64,000 nucleotides of DNA from an uncultured Bacteroidales bacterium (GCA_958423255.1 CATZQR010000003.1:65440-129439), one strand, 5' to 3'. Numbered from the stretch's first letter, positions 28,695-38,926 are shown. The notes: generated by a model from the letters alone, not told the origin. Program-made: numbers and translations.

Positions 28695-28768
28695 GGTGCG
28701 GTAGTTCAGTCGGTTAGAATACCGGCCTGTCACGCCGGGGGTCGCGAGTTCGAGTCTCGTCCGCACCG
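28695..28768 (+). tRNA. tRNA-Asp (anticodon GTC)
   Basis: The cloverleaf is readable: acceptor GGTGCGG/CCGCACC, anticodon stem CCGGC/GCCGG with loop cTGTCAc, T-arm GAGTTCGAGTCTC, and discriminator G. The CCA end is not encoded. Confidence 0.9.
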
Positions 28769-28782
28769 CAGGAGAGAGAGGA

Positions 28783-28831
28783 GAATGAGTAATTTATAAA
28801 CTTCGGTTTATGGTTACTCATTCTTTTTTTT
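28783..28831 (+). terminator. rho-independent terminator after tRNA-Asp
   Basis: The stem GAATGAGTAA...TTACTCATTC is followed by a T8 run. Confidence 0.7.
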
Positions 28832-29131
28832 GTATCCATACCGGAGCCGAGCGGGATAAAGCAGAAGGACTCTCAGGCACGGCCGGAGGGAATGAGCCGG
28901 GATAAAGCCCGGAGCACAAACAAATCAGAGCCATCCGCAAAGAAGGCTCTTAAAACAGAAGAATGTTAAACAGAGGGATGGTTGCTGAGAGAACAGGGGG
29001 GTGCGCTGAGAGATTGGAAGCGGGGCTTCGGTCGAGAGATTGGAAGAGAGATTTGTTAATGCTTTTGGTTAAACATGGTTAAACTCGCGGCAAATATGAC
29101 AAAAATCATATTTCGTGATTTGAAAAGTGAG

Positions 29132-29139
29132 TAATTTTG
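29132..29139 (+). promoter_or_regulatory. TAATTTTG -7 box (GTAATTTTGC) about 300 bp upstream of the RND efflux operon
   Basis: Matches TAnnTTTG and implies a long structured leader. Confidence 0.3.
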
Positions 29140-29196
29140 CAATCGTTTAGATTGGGGGATGTTAGGCGCGTGCGGATGCAGGTTGCCCGATGGAAA

Positions 29197-29237
29197 TTTT
29201 CGGACAACGGCGGATGCCCCAGGGTGCATCCCTACAA
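29197..29237 (+). promoter_or_regulatory. leader hairpin motif TTTCGGACAAC...GGATGC-N-GGGTGCATCCCTACAA (copy 1)
   Basis: The 16-mer GGGTGCATCCCTACAA and the preceding TTTCGG(N)CAAC recur at 54371-54416. A GGATGC/GCATCC hairpin is present. Confidence 0.3.
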
Positions 29238-29280
29238 GATGACGCCTTCCAGCGGGGAGGGATTGAAAGCGCTGGAGCAT

Positions 29281-29402
29281 CTGACCGACTGGACAACTGA
29301 AAAACAAGCATCAAGTTGACCGACCAACTGAGAAATAAACTTCAAGTTGACTGACCAGTGAGAAACAGGTATGAAGTTGACTGACTAACCGAGAAAATAA
29401 AC
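29281..29402 (+). repeat. four tandem ~30-bp imperfect direct repeats (core AAGTTGACYGACYAACYGAGAAA)
   Basis: Repeat units start at 29281, 29311, 29341 and 29371. The array ends 34 bp before the efflux adaptor ATG. Confidence 0.6.
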
Positions 29403-29435
29403 TACAATAGGTAAAATAAATTAAACAAGCAGAAA

Positions 29436-30632
29436 ATGATGAATTGCAAATTGCATTCGCTGGCCGCTTTCGCAGTGGTTTCCGCGACTTTCCTCACTTT
29501 CACATCGTGCGGCAAAAAAGACGCCCAGCAGATGGCCGGGGCCGGTGCGGCTCCCCAAATCGGCGTAATGACCGTAGAGCAGGGCGCTTCCGACCTCAAC
29601 AGCGCCTATTCGGCCACCATCAAGGGTAAGACAGACATCGAGGTACGCCCGCTGGTATCGGGTTTCATCACAAAAGTACATGTTGACGAGGGTCAGCGCG
29701 TGAGCAAGGGTCAGACACTCTTCACGCTCGACCAGGTGCAGTATCAGGCTGCAGTGGAGCAGGCCCAGGCGGCCGTTGCCTCTGCAAAGACCGCTCTTGA
29801 AAGCGCCAAGCTGACGGCTGCCAACAAGCAGCGCCTTTTCGACAAAAATATAATCAGCGAATATGAGAACCAGCTGGCCAAGAACCAGCTCGCGCAGGCC
29901 GAGGCCTCGCTGAGCCAGGCTCAGGCGGCTCTCGTAACAGCCCGCAAGAATCTGAGCTACACGGTTGTTACCGCTCCCTCCGACGGCTTCGTAGGCTCGA
30001 TTCCCAACCGCGAGGGCTCGCTCGCATCGCCCTCGATGGTAACGCCTCTCACCACCGTGAGCGACAACAGCGACGTGTACGCCTACTTCTCGCTTAACGA
30101 AAAGGACATTCTGGAAATGACCGACGGCGGCAAGATCGCGCTTAACACTGCCATCGCCCAGATGCCCGCAGTGCAGCTCCAGCTTTCCGACGGCACGATT
30201 TATCCCGAGGCCGGCAAAGTAGCCACCGTAAGCGGCGTAATCGACAACTCGACCGGCGCCGCCAACGTGCGTGCCCGCTTCAAGAACATCAACGGAATGC
30301 TCCGCAGCGGCTCCACGGGCATGATTCTGATTCCCAATCATAAGGAAAACGTAATCCTCGTGCCTCAGAAGGCTACGTTCGAGGTTCAGGACCGTCGGTT
30401 CGTATATGTGGTCAACGATTCGAACAAAACCGTCAGCACGGCCATCACCATTGCTCCAGAGAACGACGGCAAGCAGTTTATCGTTACCGGCGGCCTCGAG
30501 CCGGGTCAGCGCGTGGTTGTAGAGGGCGTAGGCACCAAGGTGCGCGACAACATGGAGATCGCTCCCGTCGACGCAGCCCAGGCAGCAGCTGCAGCGGCCG
30601 CACAGGGCCAGCAGCCCCAGCAGGGAAAGTAA
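29436..30632 (+). CDS. RND efflux periplasmic adaptor subunit (membrane fusion protein, AcrA/MexA family)
   Basis: 398 aa with a lipoprotein signal (TFTSC/GKK). It has the biotinyl-lipoyl, coiled-coil and beta-barrel domains. Confidence 0.9.
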   Translation: MMNCKLHSLAAFAVVSATFLTFTSCGKKDAQQMAGAGAAPQIGVMTVEQGASDLNSAYSATIKGKTDIEVRPLVSGFITKVHVDEGQRVSKGQTLFTLDQVQYQAAVEQAQAAVASAKTALESAKLTAANKQRLFDKNIISEYENQLAKNQLAQAEASLSQAQAALVTARKNLSYTVVTAPSDGFVGSIPNREGSLASPSMVTPLTTVSDNSDVYAYFSLNEKDILEMTDGGKIALNTAIAQMPAVQLQLSDGTIYPEAGKVATVSGVIDNSTGAANVRARFKNINGMLRSGSTGMILIPNHKENVILVPQKATFEVQDRRFVYVVNDSNKTVSTAITIAPENDGKQFIVTGGLEPGQRVVVEGVGTKVRDNMEIAPVDAAQAAAAAAAQGQQPQQGK

Positions 30633-30690
30633 TCCCCTCCCCTATCAACCGCAACACTCCAACCAAACAACATCATTCTGAATACCAACA

Positions 30691-33600
30691 ATGAAACTGG
30701 ATACCTTCATAAACCGTCCGGTGCTATCGACGGTTATCTCCATCTTCATAGTGCTGTTGGGTCTGATCGGACTGTCGTCGCTTCCTATCACGAAGTTCCC
30801 TGATATAGCGCCACCTACAATCCGTGTATCGACCACCTACAACGGCGCCAACGCCCAGGCCGTGCTGAATTCGGTGATTGCCCCCCTCGAGGAGTCGATC
30901 AACGGAGCCGAAGGCATGACCTACATCGAATCGACGGCCACCAACGCCGGTTCGGCCGATATTTCCGTACACTTCGAGCAGGGTTTCGACCCCGACATGG
31001 CGGCTGTCGACGTGCAGAACCGCGTGTCGAAGGCACTCAACCTGCTACCCGCCGAGGTTACGCAGGTGGGCGTGCAGACCCAGAAACGCCAGAGCTCGAT
31101 GCTCGTGGGTATCGCCCTCTACAGCGATGTTCCCGAGTACGACGGTGAATTCCTTGACAACTACATGAAAATCAACGTCATCCCGGTGCTCCAGCGTGTG
31201 AGCGGCGTGGGTGACGTGATGAGCTTCGGCGGCGACTACTCCATGCGCATATGGATAAAGCCGGAAATCATGGCCCAGTACGGTCTGACTCCTTCTGACG
31301 TGGCTGCCGCACTTAAGGACCAGAACGTCGAGGCCGCCCCCGGCTCGTTTGGCGCCCAGGGCAACCAGAGCTTCCAGTATACGCTGAAATACCGCGGACG
31401 CTACGAGACTCCGGAGGAGTTCGAAAACATCGTGGTACGCACCAACGCCAACGGCGACGTGCTCCGCCTGAAGGATGTAGCCGACGTTGAGCTGGGCAAG
31501 GTGACCTACGACTTCGAGAACACCCTCAACGGCAAGCCCGCAACGATGGCCATCGTATTCCAGACGGCCGGATCGAACGCCACACAGATCATCGACGACT
31601 GTCTGGCGCAGGTCGACGAGCTCTCGAAAGACCTTCCCTCGGGACTGCACTTCGCCGTTCCGATGAACAACAACGACTTCCTGTTCGCATCAATCCACAA
31701 GGTAATATCGACGCTTATCGAGGCGTTCATCCTTGTGTTCTTCGTGGTATACGTGTTCCTCAGCGACATCCGAAGCACGCTGATTCCTGCCATCGCCATC
31801 CCAGTGGCCCTGGTAGGCACATTCTTCTTCATGAACCTTATCGGCTTCTCGGTGAACCTCATCACGCTGTCGGCACTTGTGCTTGCGATCGCCATCGTGG
31901 TCGACGACGCCATCGTGGTGGTGGAAGCCGTGCACGCCAAGCTCGACGCGGGCTACAAGAGTTCGCGCAAGGCTGCTATCGATGCCATGAGCGAGATCGG
32001 CACGGCCATCATCTCGATTACACTCGTAATGATGCTGGTGTTCATCCCCGTATCGTTCATGCCAGGTACGGCCGGTATCTTCTACCGCCAGTTCGGTCTG
32101 ACAATGGCCATAGCCATCGGTCTGTCGGCTCTTAACGCTCTGACGCTGTCGCCGGCGCTGTGTGCCGTGTTCCTCAAGCCCCATCCCGCGGCCGACGGAC
32201 ACGAACCCTCGCTCAAAGAGCGTATGACCGACGCCTACAGCGCCGCCGGAAAAGCCTACGCCAGCAAGATGCAGACCCTCTGGATTCCTCTGGGCACGCT
32301 CTGCCTGCTGGTGGCTACCGTTACCTTCATGGTGAAGGGATGGTTCGACTTCCCCACCGTGGGCCAGGGCATCATCGCCATAGTATGCGCCATCGCTACC
32401 GTGGCCGGCCTGTTCACCCAGGCGTTCAAGCGCGGCTTCGAGCGTGTGTTCAGCTTCATCCTCAAGCACTACAACAAGTGGACGAGCTTCTTCATCCGCC
32501 ACAAAATCTCATGCGCCGGCATCGTGGCCGCCAGCATCGGCATCCTCGTATGGCTCATGAGCACCACCCCGTCGACCCTCGTGCCCAACGAGGATACGGG
32601 CGTACTCTTCTGTATGGTCGACATGCCCCCGGGCACATCGCAGGAACGCACCATCGAGGTGATGGACCAGGTCGACACGATGCTTATGAGCATCCCCGCG
32701 GTGAAATACTCGCAGAAAATCGCCGGCTATTCGTTTATCGCCGGCCAGGGTGCCACCTACGGTACATTCATCGTGAAGCTCAAGGACTGGAGCGAGCGCG
32801 ACAAAAAGACGGAGAGCTCCGACGCCGTGCTCGGTCAGATCTACGCAATGACAGGGCAGCTCGTGAAAGACGGCCGCGTGATGGCATTCGCACCGCCCAT
32901 GATCGACGGCTATTCGATGACCAACGGCTTCGAGCTTAAAATGCAGGACAAGACCGGCGGCGACATCGACCAGTTCTTCGCCATCGTGCAGGGCTTCCTG
33001 GCTCAGCTCAACGCCCAGCCGGAAATCCAGATGGCCTACACCACCTTCAACCCCACATTCCCGCAGTATAAGATCGACATCGATGCAGCCAAGGCCCAGA
33101 AGGCCGGCCTTACCACATCGGGCATTCTCTCCACGCTCCAGGGTTACTACGGCTCGATGTACGTTTCGAACTTCAACCGTTTCGGCAAAATCTACCGCGT
33201 GATGATGCAGGCTCCCCCGGAATCGCGCATCTCGCCCGAGACCCTCAAGAATATCAAGATCCGCTCGGCCAACGGCTCGATGGCCTCGCTGGAGAACTTC
33301 GTGACTCTCGAAAAGGTTTACGGTCCCGACCTTCTGAACCGCTTCAACCTGTTCACCTCCATCTCCGTGACCGGTTCGCCCGCCCAGGGCTACTCGTCGG
33401 GCCAGGCCCTCGAAGCCATCGCCCGCGTTGCCCAACAGACGCTGCCCCAGGGCTACGGCTACGAATATTCCGGCATGACGCGCGAGGAAGGCGAAAGCGG
33501 CTCGGGCAACACCACGGCCATCATCTTCGGCCTCTGCCTGCTGTTCGTCTACCTGCTTCTCTCAGCCCAGTATGAAAGCTACATCATCCCCTGGGCCGTT

Positions 33601-34071
33601 ATCCTCTCGATTCCGTTCGGCCTTATGGGCTCGTTCGTGTTCGCCAAGATATTCGACGTGAACAACAATATCTACCTGCAGATCGCGCTGATCATGCTTA
33701 TCGGTCTTCTGGCCAAGAACGCCATCCTTATCGTGGAATTCGCGCTCGAACGCCGCCGCACGGGCATGTCGGTTGTCAACGCCGCCATCGCCGGCGCCGA
33801 GGCCCGTCTGCGTCCTATCCTCATGACGTCGTTGGCCCTGATCATCGGCCTCCTGCCCATGATGTTCGCATCGGGTGTAGGCGCCAACGGCAACCGCGCC
33901 CTTGGTGTAGGCTCAATCGGCGGCATGCTCATAGGCATGATTCTGCAGATTCTGATAGTGCCTGCCCTGTTTGTGGCCTTCCAACTCATCCAGGAGAAGA
34001 TCACCCCGCTGAAGTGGGAGGACACCGACAACGCCGGCATCGAGAGCGAAATCGAGCAGTATTCGCGCTAA
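30691..34071 (+). CDS. RND multidrug efflux permease (HAE1 / AcrB-MexB family)
   Basis: 1126 aa. It has 12 TM helices and the two large periplasmic loops characteristic of AcrB, including the VVDDAIVVVE motif. Confidence 0.95.
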   Translation: MKLDTFINRPVLSTVISIFIVLLGLIGLSSLPITKFPDIAPPTIRVSTTYNGANAQAVLNSVIAPLEESINGAEGMTYIESTATNAGSADISVHFEQGFDPDMAAVDVQNRVSKALNLLPAEVTQVGVQTQKRQSSMLVGIALYSDVPEYDGEFLDNYMKINVIPVLQRVSGVGDVMSFGGDYSMRIWIKPEIMAQYGLTPSDVAAALKDQNVEAAPGSFGAQGNQSFQYTLKYRGRYETPEEFENIVVRTNANGDVLRLKDVADVELGKVTYDFENTLNGKPATMAIVFQTAGSNATQIIDDCLAQVDELSKDLPSGLHFAVPMNNNDFLFASIHKVISTLIEAFILVFFVVYVFLSDIRSTLIPAIAIPVALVGTFFFMNLIGFSVNLITLSALVLAIAIVVDDAIVVVEAVHAKLDAGYKSSRKAAIDAMSEIGTAIISITLVMMLVFIPVSFMPGTAGIFYRQFGLTMAIAIGLSALNALTLSPALCAVFLKPHPAADGHEPSLKERMTDAYSAAGKAYASKMQTLWIPLGTLCLLVATVTFMVKGWFDFPTVGQGIIAIVCAIATVAGLFTQAFKRGFERVFSFILKHYNKWTSFFIRHKISCAGIVAASIGILVWLMSTTPSTLVPNEDTGVLFCMVDMPPGTSQERTIEVMDQVDTMLMSIPAVKYSQKIAGYSFIAGQGATYGTFIVKLKDWSERDKKTESSDAVLGQIYAMTGQLVKDGRVMAFAPPMIDGYSMTNGFELKMQDKTGGDIDQFFAIVQGFLAQLNAQPEIQMAYTTFNPTFPQYKIDIDAAKAQKAGLTTSGILSTLQGYYGSMYVSNFNRFGKIYRVMMQAPPESRISPETLKNIKIRSANGSMASLENFVTLEKVYGPDLLNRFNLFTSISVTGSPAQGYSSGQALEAIARVAQQTLPQGYGYEYSGMTREEGESGSGNTTAIIFGLCLLFVYLLLSAQYESYIIPWAVILSIPFGLMGSFVFAKIFDVNNNIYLQIALIMLIGLLAKNAILIVEFALERRRTGMSVVNAAIAGAEARLRPILMTSLALIIGLLPMMFASGVGANGNRALGVGSIGGMLIGMILQILIVPALFVAFQLIQEKITPLKWEDTDNAGIESEIEQYSR

Positions 34072-34105
34072 CATTCAGATTTTGAACAGTTACCAATAGA
34101 TTAAG

Positions 34106-35491
34106 ATGAAAGCAACCACTATAATGCGCCTGGGCGCAGCCTCGCTGCTGGGAGCGGCCATGATGTCGTCGTGTCATATCTACAACAAGTTCGACATGCC
34201 GACCGACACCGACCTGACCCGCAGCTATGTCGAGGCCCGCGACGCCGAAGTAGACTCGGCCGCCTTGGGCAACCTGGGCTGGGAGAAGGTATTCACCGAC
34301 CCCCTGCTCCAGGACTATATCAACCGCGCTCTTGCCAACAACACCAACCTTGAAAACGCCCGTCTGAACGTCGACGTGGCCCGCGCCAACCTTCTGGGCG
34401 CCAAGCTGAGCTATCTCCCCTCCGTGGCCTTCACGCCCAACGGAGCCGGAGCCAGCTACGCCCACAGCCCGATGAGCTGGACCTACACGCTCCCCATCAG
34501 CATCAGCTGGGAAATCGACGTGTTCGGCAAGATTCTGAACAACAAACGCTCGGCTCAGGCCGCGCTCGAACTCCAGCAGGACTACCATCAGGCCGTGCGC
34601 TCGCAGATAATCACGGGTGTGGCATCGTGCTACTACTCCATCGCCACTCTCAAGGCACAGCTCGAGCTCTCGCGCGAGACGGCCGACATATGGGCCAAGA
34701 GCGTGCAGATCATGAAGGACTACAAGGAGGCCGGACGCGTAACGCAGGCCGCCGTGGTCCAGAGCGAGGCCCAGTACTGGAGCATCCTCGCCCAGATCAC
34801 CGACCTCGAGACATCGCTCACGCAGGCCAACAACTCACTCTCGCTGCTCCTCAACGAAGGTCCCGCCACATGGGAGGTTCCCGCAGCCGCACGGCTCGAG
34901 ACACCGCAGATACTTCGCGAGGGAATCGAGATGCGCGAGCTTGCACGCCGCCCCGACGTGCGCGCCGCCGAGCAGCAGCTCGCCACGGCCTACTACGCCA
35001 CCAACATAGCCCGCACGGCCTTCTACCCCGGAATCACCATAAGTAGCAACGGCGGTTTCACCAATCTGCTGGGTTCGTTTATCAAAAATCCCGGCGACTG
35101 GTTCATCCAGCTGGCCGGACAGCTGACGGCGCCCCTCTTTGCCCGCGGCCAGAACATCGCCCGCCTCAAAGGGGCGAAGCTGCAGCAGGAGCAGGCCATG
35201 AACTCGTTTGAGTACACTCTGCTCTCGGCGGCCTCCGAGGTAAACAACTACGTGACTGCCCTCGACAAGACGGCCGAGAAATCGGCTTTCCTGGCCAAGC
35301 AGGTCGCCGACCTCGTGGAGGCCGTGGAAGCCACCAACCTGCTTCTGGCCTACGACGGCAAGACAACCTACCTCGAGGTGCTGAACGCCCAGAGCTCGCT
35401 TCTGAGCGCGCAGATGAGCCAGCTCTCAACCGAGCTCGCCCGCGAGCAGGCGCTCATCAATCTCTACCAGTCGCTCGGCGGCGGCCGCTAA
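34106..35491 (+). CDS. outer-membrane efflux factor (TolC/NodT family lipoprotein)
   Basis: 461 aa with a lipoprotein signal (MMSSC/HIY) and two OEP repeats. Confidence 0.9.
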   Translation: MKATTIMRLGAASLLGAAMMSSCHIYNKFDMPTDTDLTRSYVEARDAEVDSAALGNLGWEKVFTDPLLQDYINRALANNTNLENARLNVDVARANLLGAKLSYLPSVAFTPNGAGASYAHSPMSWTYTLPISISWEIDVFGKILNNKRSAQAALELQQDYHQAVRSQIITGVASCYYSIATLKAQLELSRETADIWAKSVQIMKDYKEAGRVTQAAVVQSEAQYWSILAQITDLETSLTQANNSLSLLLNEGPATWEVPAAARLETPQILREGIEMRELARRPDVRAAEQQLATAYYATNIARTAFYPGITISSNGGFTNLLGSFIKNPGDWFIQLAGQLTAPLFARGQNIARLKGAKLQQEQAMNSFEYTLLSAASEVNNYVTALDKTAEKSAFLAKQVADLVEAVEATNLLLAYDGKTTYLEVLNAQSSLLSAQMSQLSTELAREQALINLYQSLGGGR

Positions 35492-35548
35492 TCGGCCTTT
35501 GGCGGGCGTTTCATCCTGTTACGCCTGCGGAAGGAGGCTCTGCAAACC

Positions 35549-35622
35549 ATGTAGGGACATGCCTTCGGCATGTATAATTCGCTGATAAACAACTGATACA
35601 TCGCACAGCGATGTCCCTACAT
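35549..35622 (+). other. structured intergenic element: 12-bp perfect inverted repeat ATGTAGGGACAT/ATGTCCCTACAT enclosing mutually exclusive sub-hairpins
   Basis: The sub-hairpins are CATGCC-ttc-GGCATG and ACATCGC-aca-GCGATGT, and each overlaps one arm of the long inverted repeat. The element lies between the OMF stop and lpxA. Confidence 0.35.
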
Positions 35623-35737
35623 TGATAAGGAAGTCCTTCCGGTGTCCGGGAAAAGGCCAAGCTTCCGAAAGAGAAATACTACTGAAGAGCAGCGGAAATT
35701 CCGGCGCGGCGGTGAGACTAATCTGAAATTTAATTGT

Positions 35738-35745
35738 TACATTTG
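35738..35745 (+). promoter_or_regulatory. TACATTTG -7 box upstream of lpxA
   Basis: Matches TAnnTTTG and lies 90 bp upstream of the ATG. Confidence 0.3.
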
Positions 35746-35834
35746 CGGGTGCGCTTTCCTGAGGTCCGCACGGCCCGACGGAGCGACACCCGCAATTACC
35801 ATCCATCCTCAATACATACACCCACTACACTACC

Positions 35835-36623
35835 ATGATCAGCCCGTTAGCTTATGTCGACGCTTCGGCCAAAATCGGCGCCAACGTCACCATCCACCCG
35901 TTCGCCTATATCGACAAGGATGTCGTAATCGGCGACGGCTGCGAAATAAAGCCTTACGCATCGGTGCTCGCCGGCACCCGCATGGGCAAGAACAGCCGCG
36001 TATATCAGGGCGCCATAATCGGAGCCGAACCTCAGGATTTCCGCTGGAAAGGTGAGCCTACGGAATGTATTATCGGCGACGATAACGTGATCCGTGAAAA
36101 CGTGATCATCAACCGAGGCATTCATCCCGAGGGAGGTACGCGCATCGGCGACGGCAATTTCCTGATGGCAAAATGCCATATCGGACACGATTCGGTAATC
36201 AAAGGGAAATGCGTGCTGGGCAACGGCGTGACCATGGCCGGCGACTGCACCGTCGACGAGTGTACCATCCTGTCGTCGAACGCCGTGGTCCACGAAAACT
36301 CGCACATAGGCAAGTGGGTGCTCGTGAAGGGCGGATGCCGTATAGCAGGCAACGTGCCTCCCTACATCATCGTAGCCCACAACCCGGTGGCCTACTACGG
36401 CGTAAACGCCTACATAATGCGTAAGAACGGCTACACCGAAGACCAGATCAGCGAGATAGCCAAAGCCTACCGCAACGTATATCAGAGCGGCATCTCGGTA
36501 TACAACGCGCTGCAGCGTATCGAGGCCGACGTGGCACCGTCCGAAACACGCAGTTCGATCATCGACTTCGTGCGGAGCCACAATCTGCGTATCGTGGCCC
36601 TTCCGATCGATATGCTCGACTGA
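35835..36623 (+). CDS. lpxA: acyl-ACP--UDP-N-acetylglucosamine O-acyltransferase
   Basis: 262 aa. It has left-handed beta-helix hexapeptide repeats and the LpxA C-terminal helical domain. Confidence 0.9.
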   Translation: MISPLAYVDASAKIGANVTIHPFAYIDKDVVIGDGCEIKPYASVLAGTRMGKNSRVYQGAIIGAEPQDFRWKGEPTECIIGDDNVIRENVIINRGIHPEGGTRIGDGNFLMAKCHIGHDSVIKGKCVLGNGVTMAGDCTVDECTILSSNAVVHENSHIGKWVLVKGGCRIAGNVPPYIIVAHNPVAYYGVNAYIMRKNGYTEDQISEIAKAYRNVYQSGISVYNALQRIEADVAPSETRSSIIDFVRSHNLRIVALPIDMLD

Positions 36624-36700
36624 CGGCGTGAGCGACCCGCTACCCTACCCGACTTTTAACCATCCTACCCGACCCAAGCTATCTTACACTCATTCCCATC

Positions 36701-37681
36701 ATGGCAGAAATCAAGTGCATAGGCATCCTGACCTCCGGAGGCGACGCCCCCGGAATGAATGCCGCCATCCGCGCCGTGACCCGCTCGGCGATATTCAGCG
36801 GTTTCAAAGTGAAGGGTATCTACCGCGGCTACCGCGGTCTGATTACCGACGAGATCATCGACTTCACCACCTCCAACGTGTCGAACATCATACAGCGCGG
36901 CGGCACGATCCTCAAGACGGCACGCTGTAAGGAGTTCCAGACTCCCGAAGGGCGTCAGCTGGCCTACGATACACTCAAGCGCCACGGCATCGACGCCCTG
37001 GTGGTAATCGGCGGCGACGGCTCGCTGACGGGTGCCCGCATCTTCGCCAACGAGTTCAACTTCCCCATAATCGGCCTGCCCGGCACTATCGACAACGACC
37101 TCTACGGCACCGACTCGACCATAGGCTACGATACGGCGCTCAACACCATCATGGAATGCGTCGACAAAATCCGCGACACGGCCACGAGCCATGAGCGCCT
37201 CTTCTTCATCGAGGTGATGGGCCGCGACGCCGGCTTCCTGGCGCTCAACGGCGCAATTGCCTCGGGCGCCGAGGCGGCGATCATCCCCGAGATCTCCACA
37301 GAGGTCGACCAGTTGGCCGAACTGATTCAGAACGGCTTCCGCAAGAGCAAGAACTCATCGATCGTGCTCGTGGCCGAAAGCCCTGTCACCGGTGGAGCCA
37401 TGGGTATCGCCAAGCGTGTGGAGGAGGAATATCCTCAATACGACGTGCGCGTGTCGATTCTGGGCCACCTGCAGCGTGGCGGCTCGCCCACGGCCTACGA
37501 CCGCATCCTGGCCTCGCGCATGGGAGCTGCCGCCATCGACGCCCTGCTCGATGACCAGCGCAACGTGATGATCGGCATCAAAAACGACGAAATCGTCTAC
37601 GTGCCCTTCGTGAAGGCCATCAAAAACGACAAGCCCATCAACCGCGACCTGCTCAACACCCTCCGCCGCCTCTCCATCTGA
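36701..37681 (+). CDS. pfkA: ATP-dependent 6-phosphofructokinase
   Basis: 326 aa. It has the PFK motifs [19 protein letters not shown], and MGR(D)AG. Confidence 0.95.
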   Translation: MAEIKCIGILTSGGDAPGMNAAIRAVTRSAIFSGFKVKGIYRGYRGLITDEIIDFTTSNVSNIIQRGGTILKTARCKEFQTPEGRQLAYDTLKRHGIDALVVIGGDGSLTGARIFANEFNFPIIGLPGTIDNDLYGTDSTIGYDTALNTIMECVDKIRDTATSHERLFFIEVMGRDAGFLALNGAIASGAEAAIIPEISTEVDQLAELIQNGFRKSKNSSIVLVAESPVTGGAMGIAKRVEEEYPQYDVRVSILGHLQRGGSPTAYDRILASRMGAAAIDALLDDQRNVMIGIKNDEIVYVPFVKAIKNDKPINRDLLNTLRRLSI

Positions 37682-37710
37682 TTACCGCAACATTTTACCT
37701 TGACATAACT

Positions 37711-37748
37711 GCACCCCGAAGCGCCCTTTCTCCGGCGCCTCGGGGTGC
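37711..37748. terminator. hairpin between convergent pfkA and aroB
   Basis: GCACCCCGAaGCGCC...GGCGCCTCGGGGTGC forms a ~15-bp stem with one mismatch. There is no clear U tract. Confidence 0.4.
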
Positions 37749-37858
37749 AATGCATCCAAGAACAGGTGTTCAAAACGCAGGTGGATGGGAGAGGGGAATT
37801 TTGGGACCTCGGGGGCTTTAGGGAGCTTGGGGAGTATAGAGGGTTGGAGTAAAGGAAT

Positions 37859-38926
37859 TCAGGGGAGATGGAGGAGGTCGCGGTAGATGTCGAGGGCGGC
37901 GGTCATGTCGGCGTCGGAGACGGGGGTGTCGACGCGGACGTCGCCATAGTCGGCCAGGAGTGCGCAGGAGATTTCGGCGGTGGTGTGGTTTTTCTTGTCG
38001 TGGTGCATGTAACCGATAAGCTCGCGACAGTCGTCGCAGCTGAACTCGAATGCGCCGTAGGTGCGGTATACGTAGTCGGCGTAGCGGTGAAGGTCGTCGG
38101 AGGGGAAGCCGAATTTCATGCGCGACAGCACGAGAGCCACTACCATACCGAAGGCTACGGCATAGCCGTGGGGCACTGGCGAGGTGCGACGCAGAGCGAG
38201 CGCTTCGAAGGCATGTGCGGCGGTATGGCCGAAGTTGAGCGAACGGCGGATACCGCGGTCGTCGAGGTCCTGCGCGACCACCCCACGCTTCACCTCGACG
38301 CTCTCGCGCAGGAGCGACAGGAGCGAATCGGGCTCGTAGGCGGTGACGTCGTAGCGCAGGAGGCGGGCGGTCATCTCGCGCGAGGTAATGAAGCCGTGCT
38401 TAAGCATCTCGGCATAGCCAGAGAGGAGTTCCTGCGATGTGAGAGTGCGGAAGAAGGTGGTTGAGATTATCACGACATCGGCCTGACGGATAACGCCTAT
38501 CTCGTTTTTCAGGCCGTTGAAGTTTATGCCGGTCTTGCCTCCTACGGAAGCGTCGACGGCGCCGAGAAGTGTTGTGGGGATATTAATGAACGATATGCCG
38601 CGCTTGAAGGTGGCGGCAGCGAAGGCTCCAAGATCGGTTACGGTGCCACCGCCGACGTTGATGAGCACCGAGCGGCGCGTGGCGCCTGAGTCGCCGAGCT
38701 GCTTCCATACGGAGGCAAGCGTATCGAGATTCTTGAATGGCTCGCCGGCATGTGTGGTTATTACGGTGGCGGACCCCACGGCGCGCGACTGCTCACGCAG
38801 ACGCGGGAGCACGAAGGAGGCGGTGTTGACGTCGACCAATACGAACACAGAGGCGGGGGCGAGACGGTCGACAATAGAGTCGAGCTTCTCGGCGACTTTA
38901 TTTGTGAATATGATTTCGCTCTTCAT
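37859..38926 (-). CDS. aroB: 3-dehydroquinate synthase
   Basis: 355 aa. It has the NAD-binding GGGTVTDLGAF motif and the metal ligands of the DHQS family. Confidence 0.9.
   Translation of the reverse strand: MKSEIIFTNKVAEKLDSIVDRLAPASVFVLVDVNTASFVLPRLREQSRAVGSATVITTHAGEPFKNLDTLASVWKQLGDSGATRRSVLINVGGGTVTDLGAFAAATFKRGISFINIPTTLLGAVDASVGGKTGINFNGLKNEIGVIRQADVVIISTTFFRTLTSQELLSGYAEMLKHGFITSREMTARLLRYDVTAYEPDSLLSLLRESVEVKRGVVAQDLDDRGIRRSLNFGHTAAHAFEALALRRTSPVPHGYAVAFGMVVALVLSRMKFGFPSDDLHRYADYVYRTYGAFEFSCDDCRELIGYMHHDKKNHTTAEISCALLADYGDVRVDTPVSDADMTAALDIYRDLLHLP

Noticed and set aside
36630-36700. Short direct repeat CTACCCGAC twice upstream of pfkA
   Set aside because: It is only 9 bp, occurs twice, and has no further structure. 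It is noted, but there is insufficient evidence for a regulatory site.
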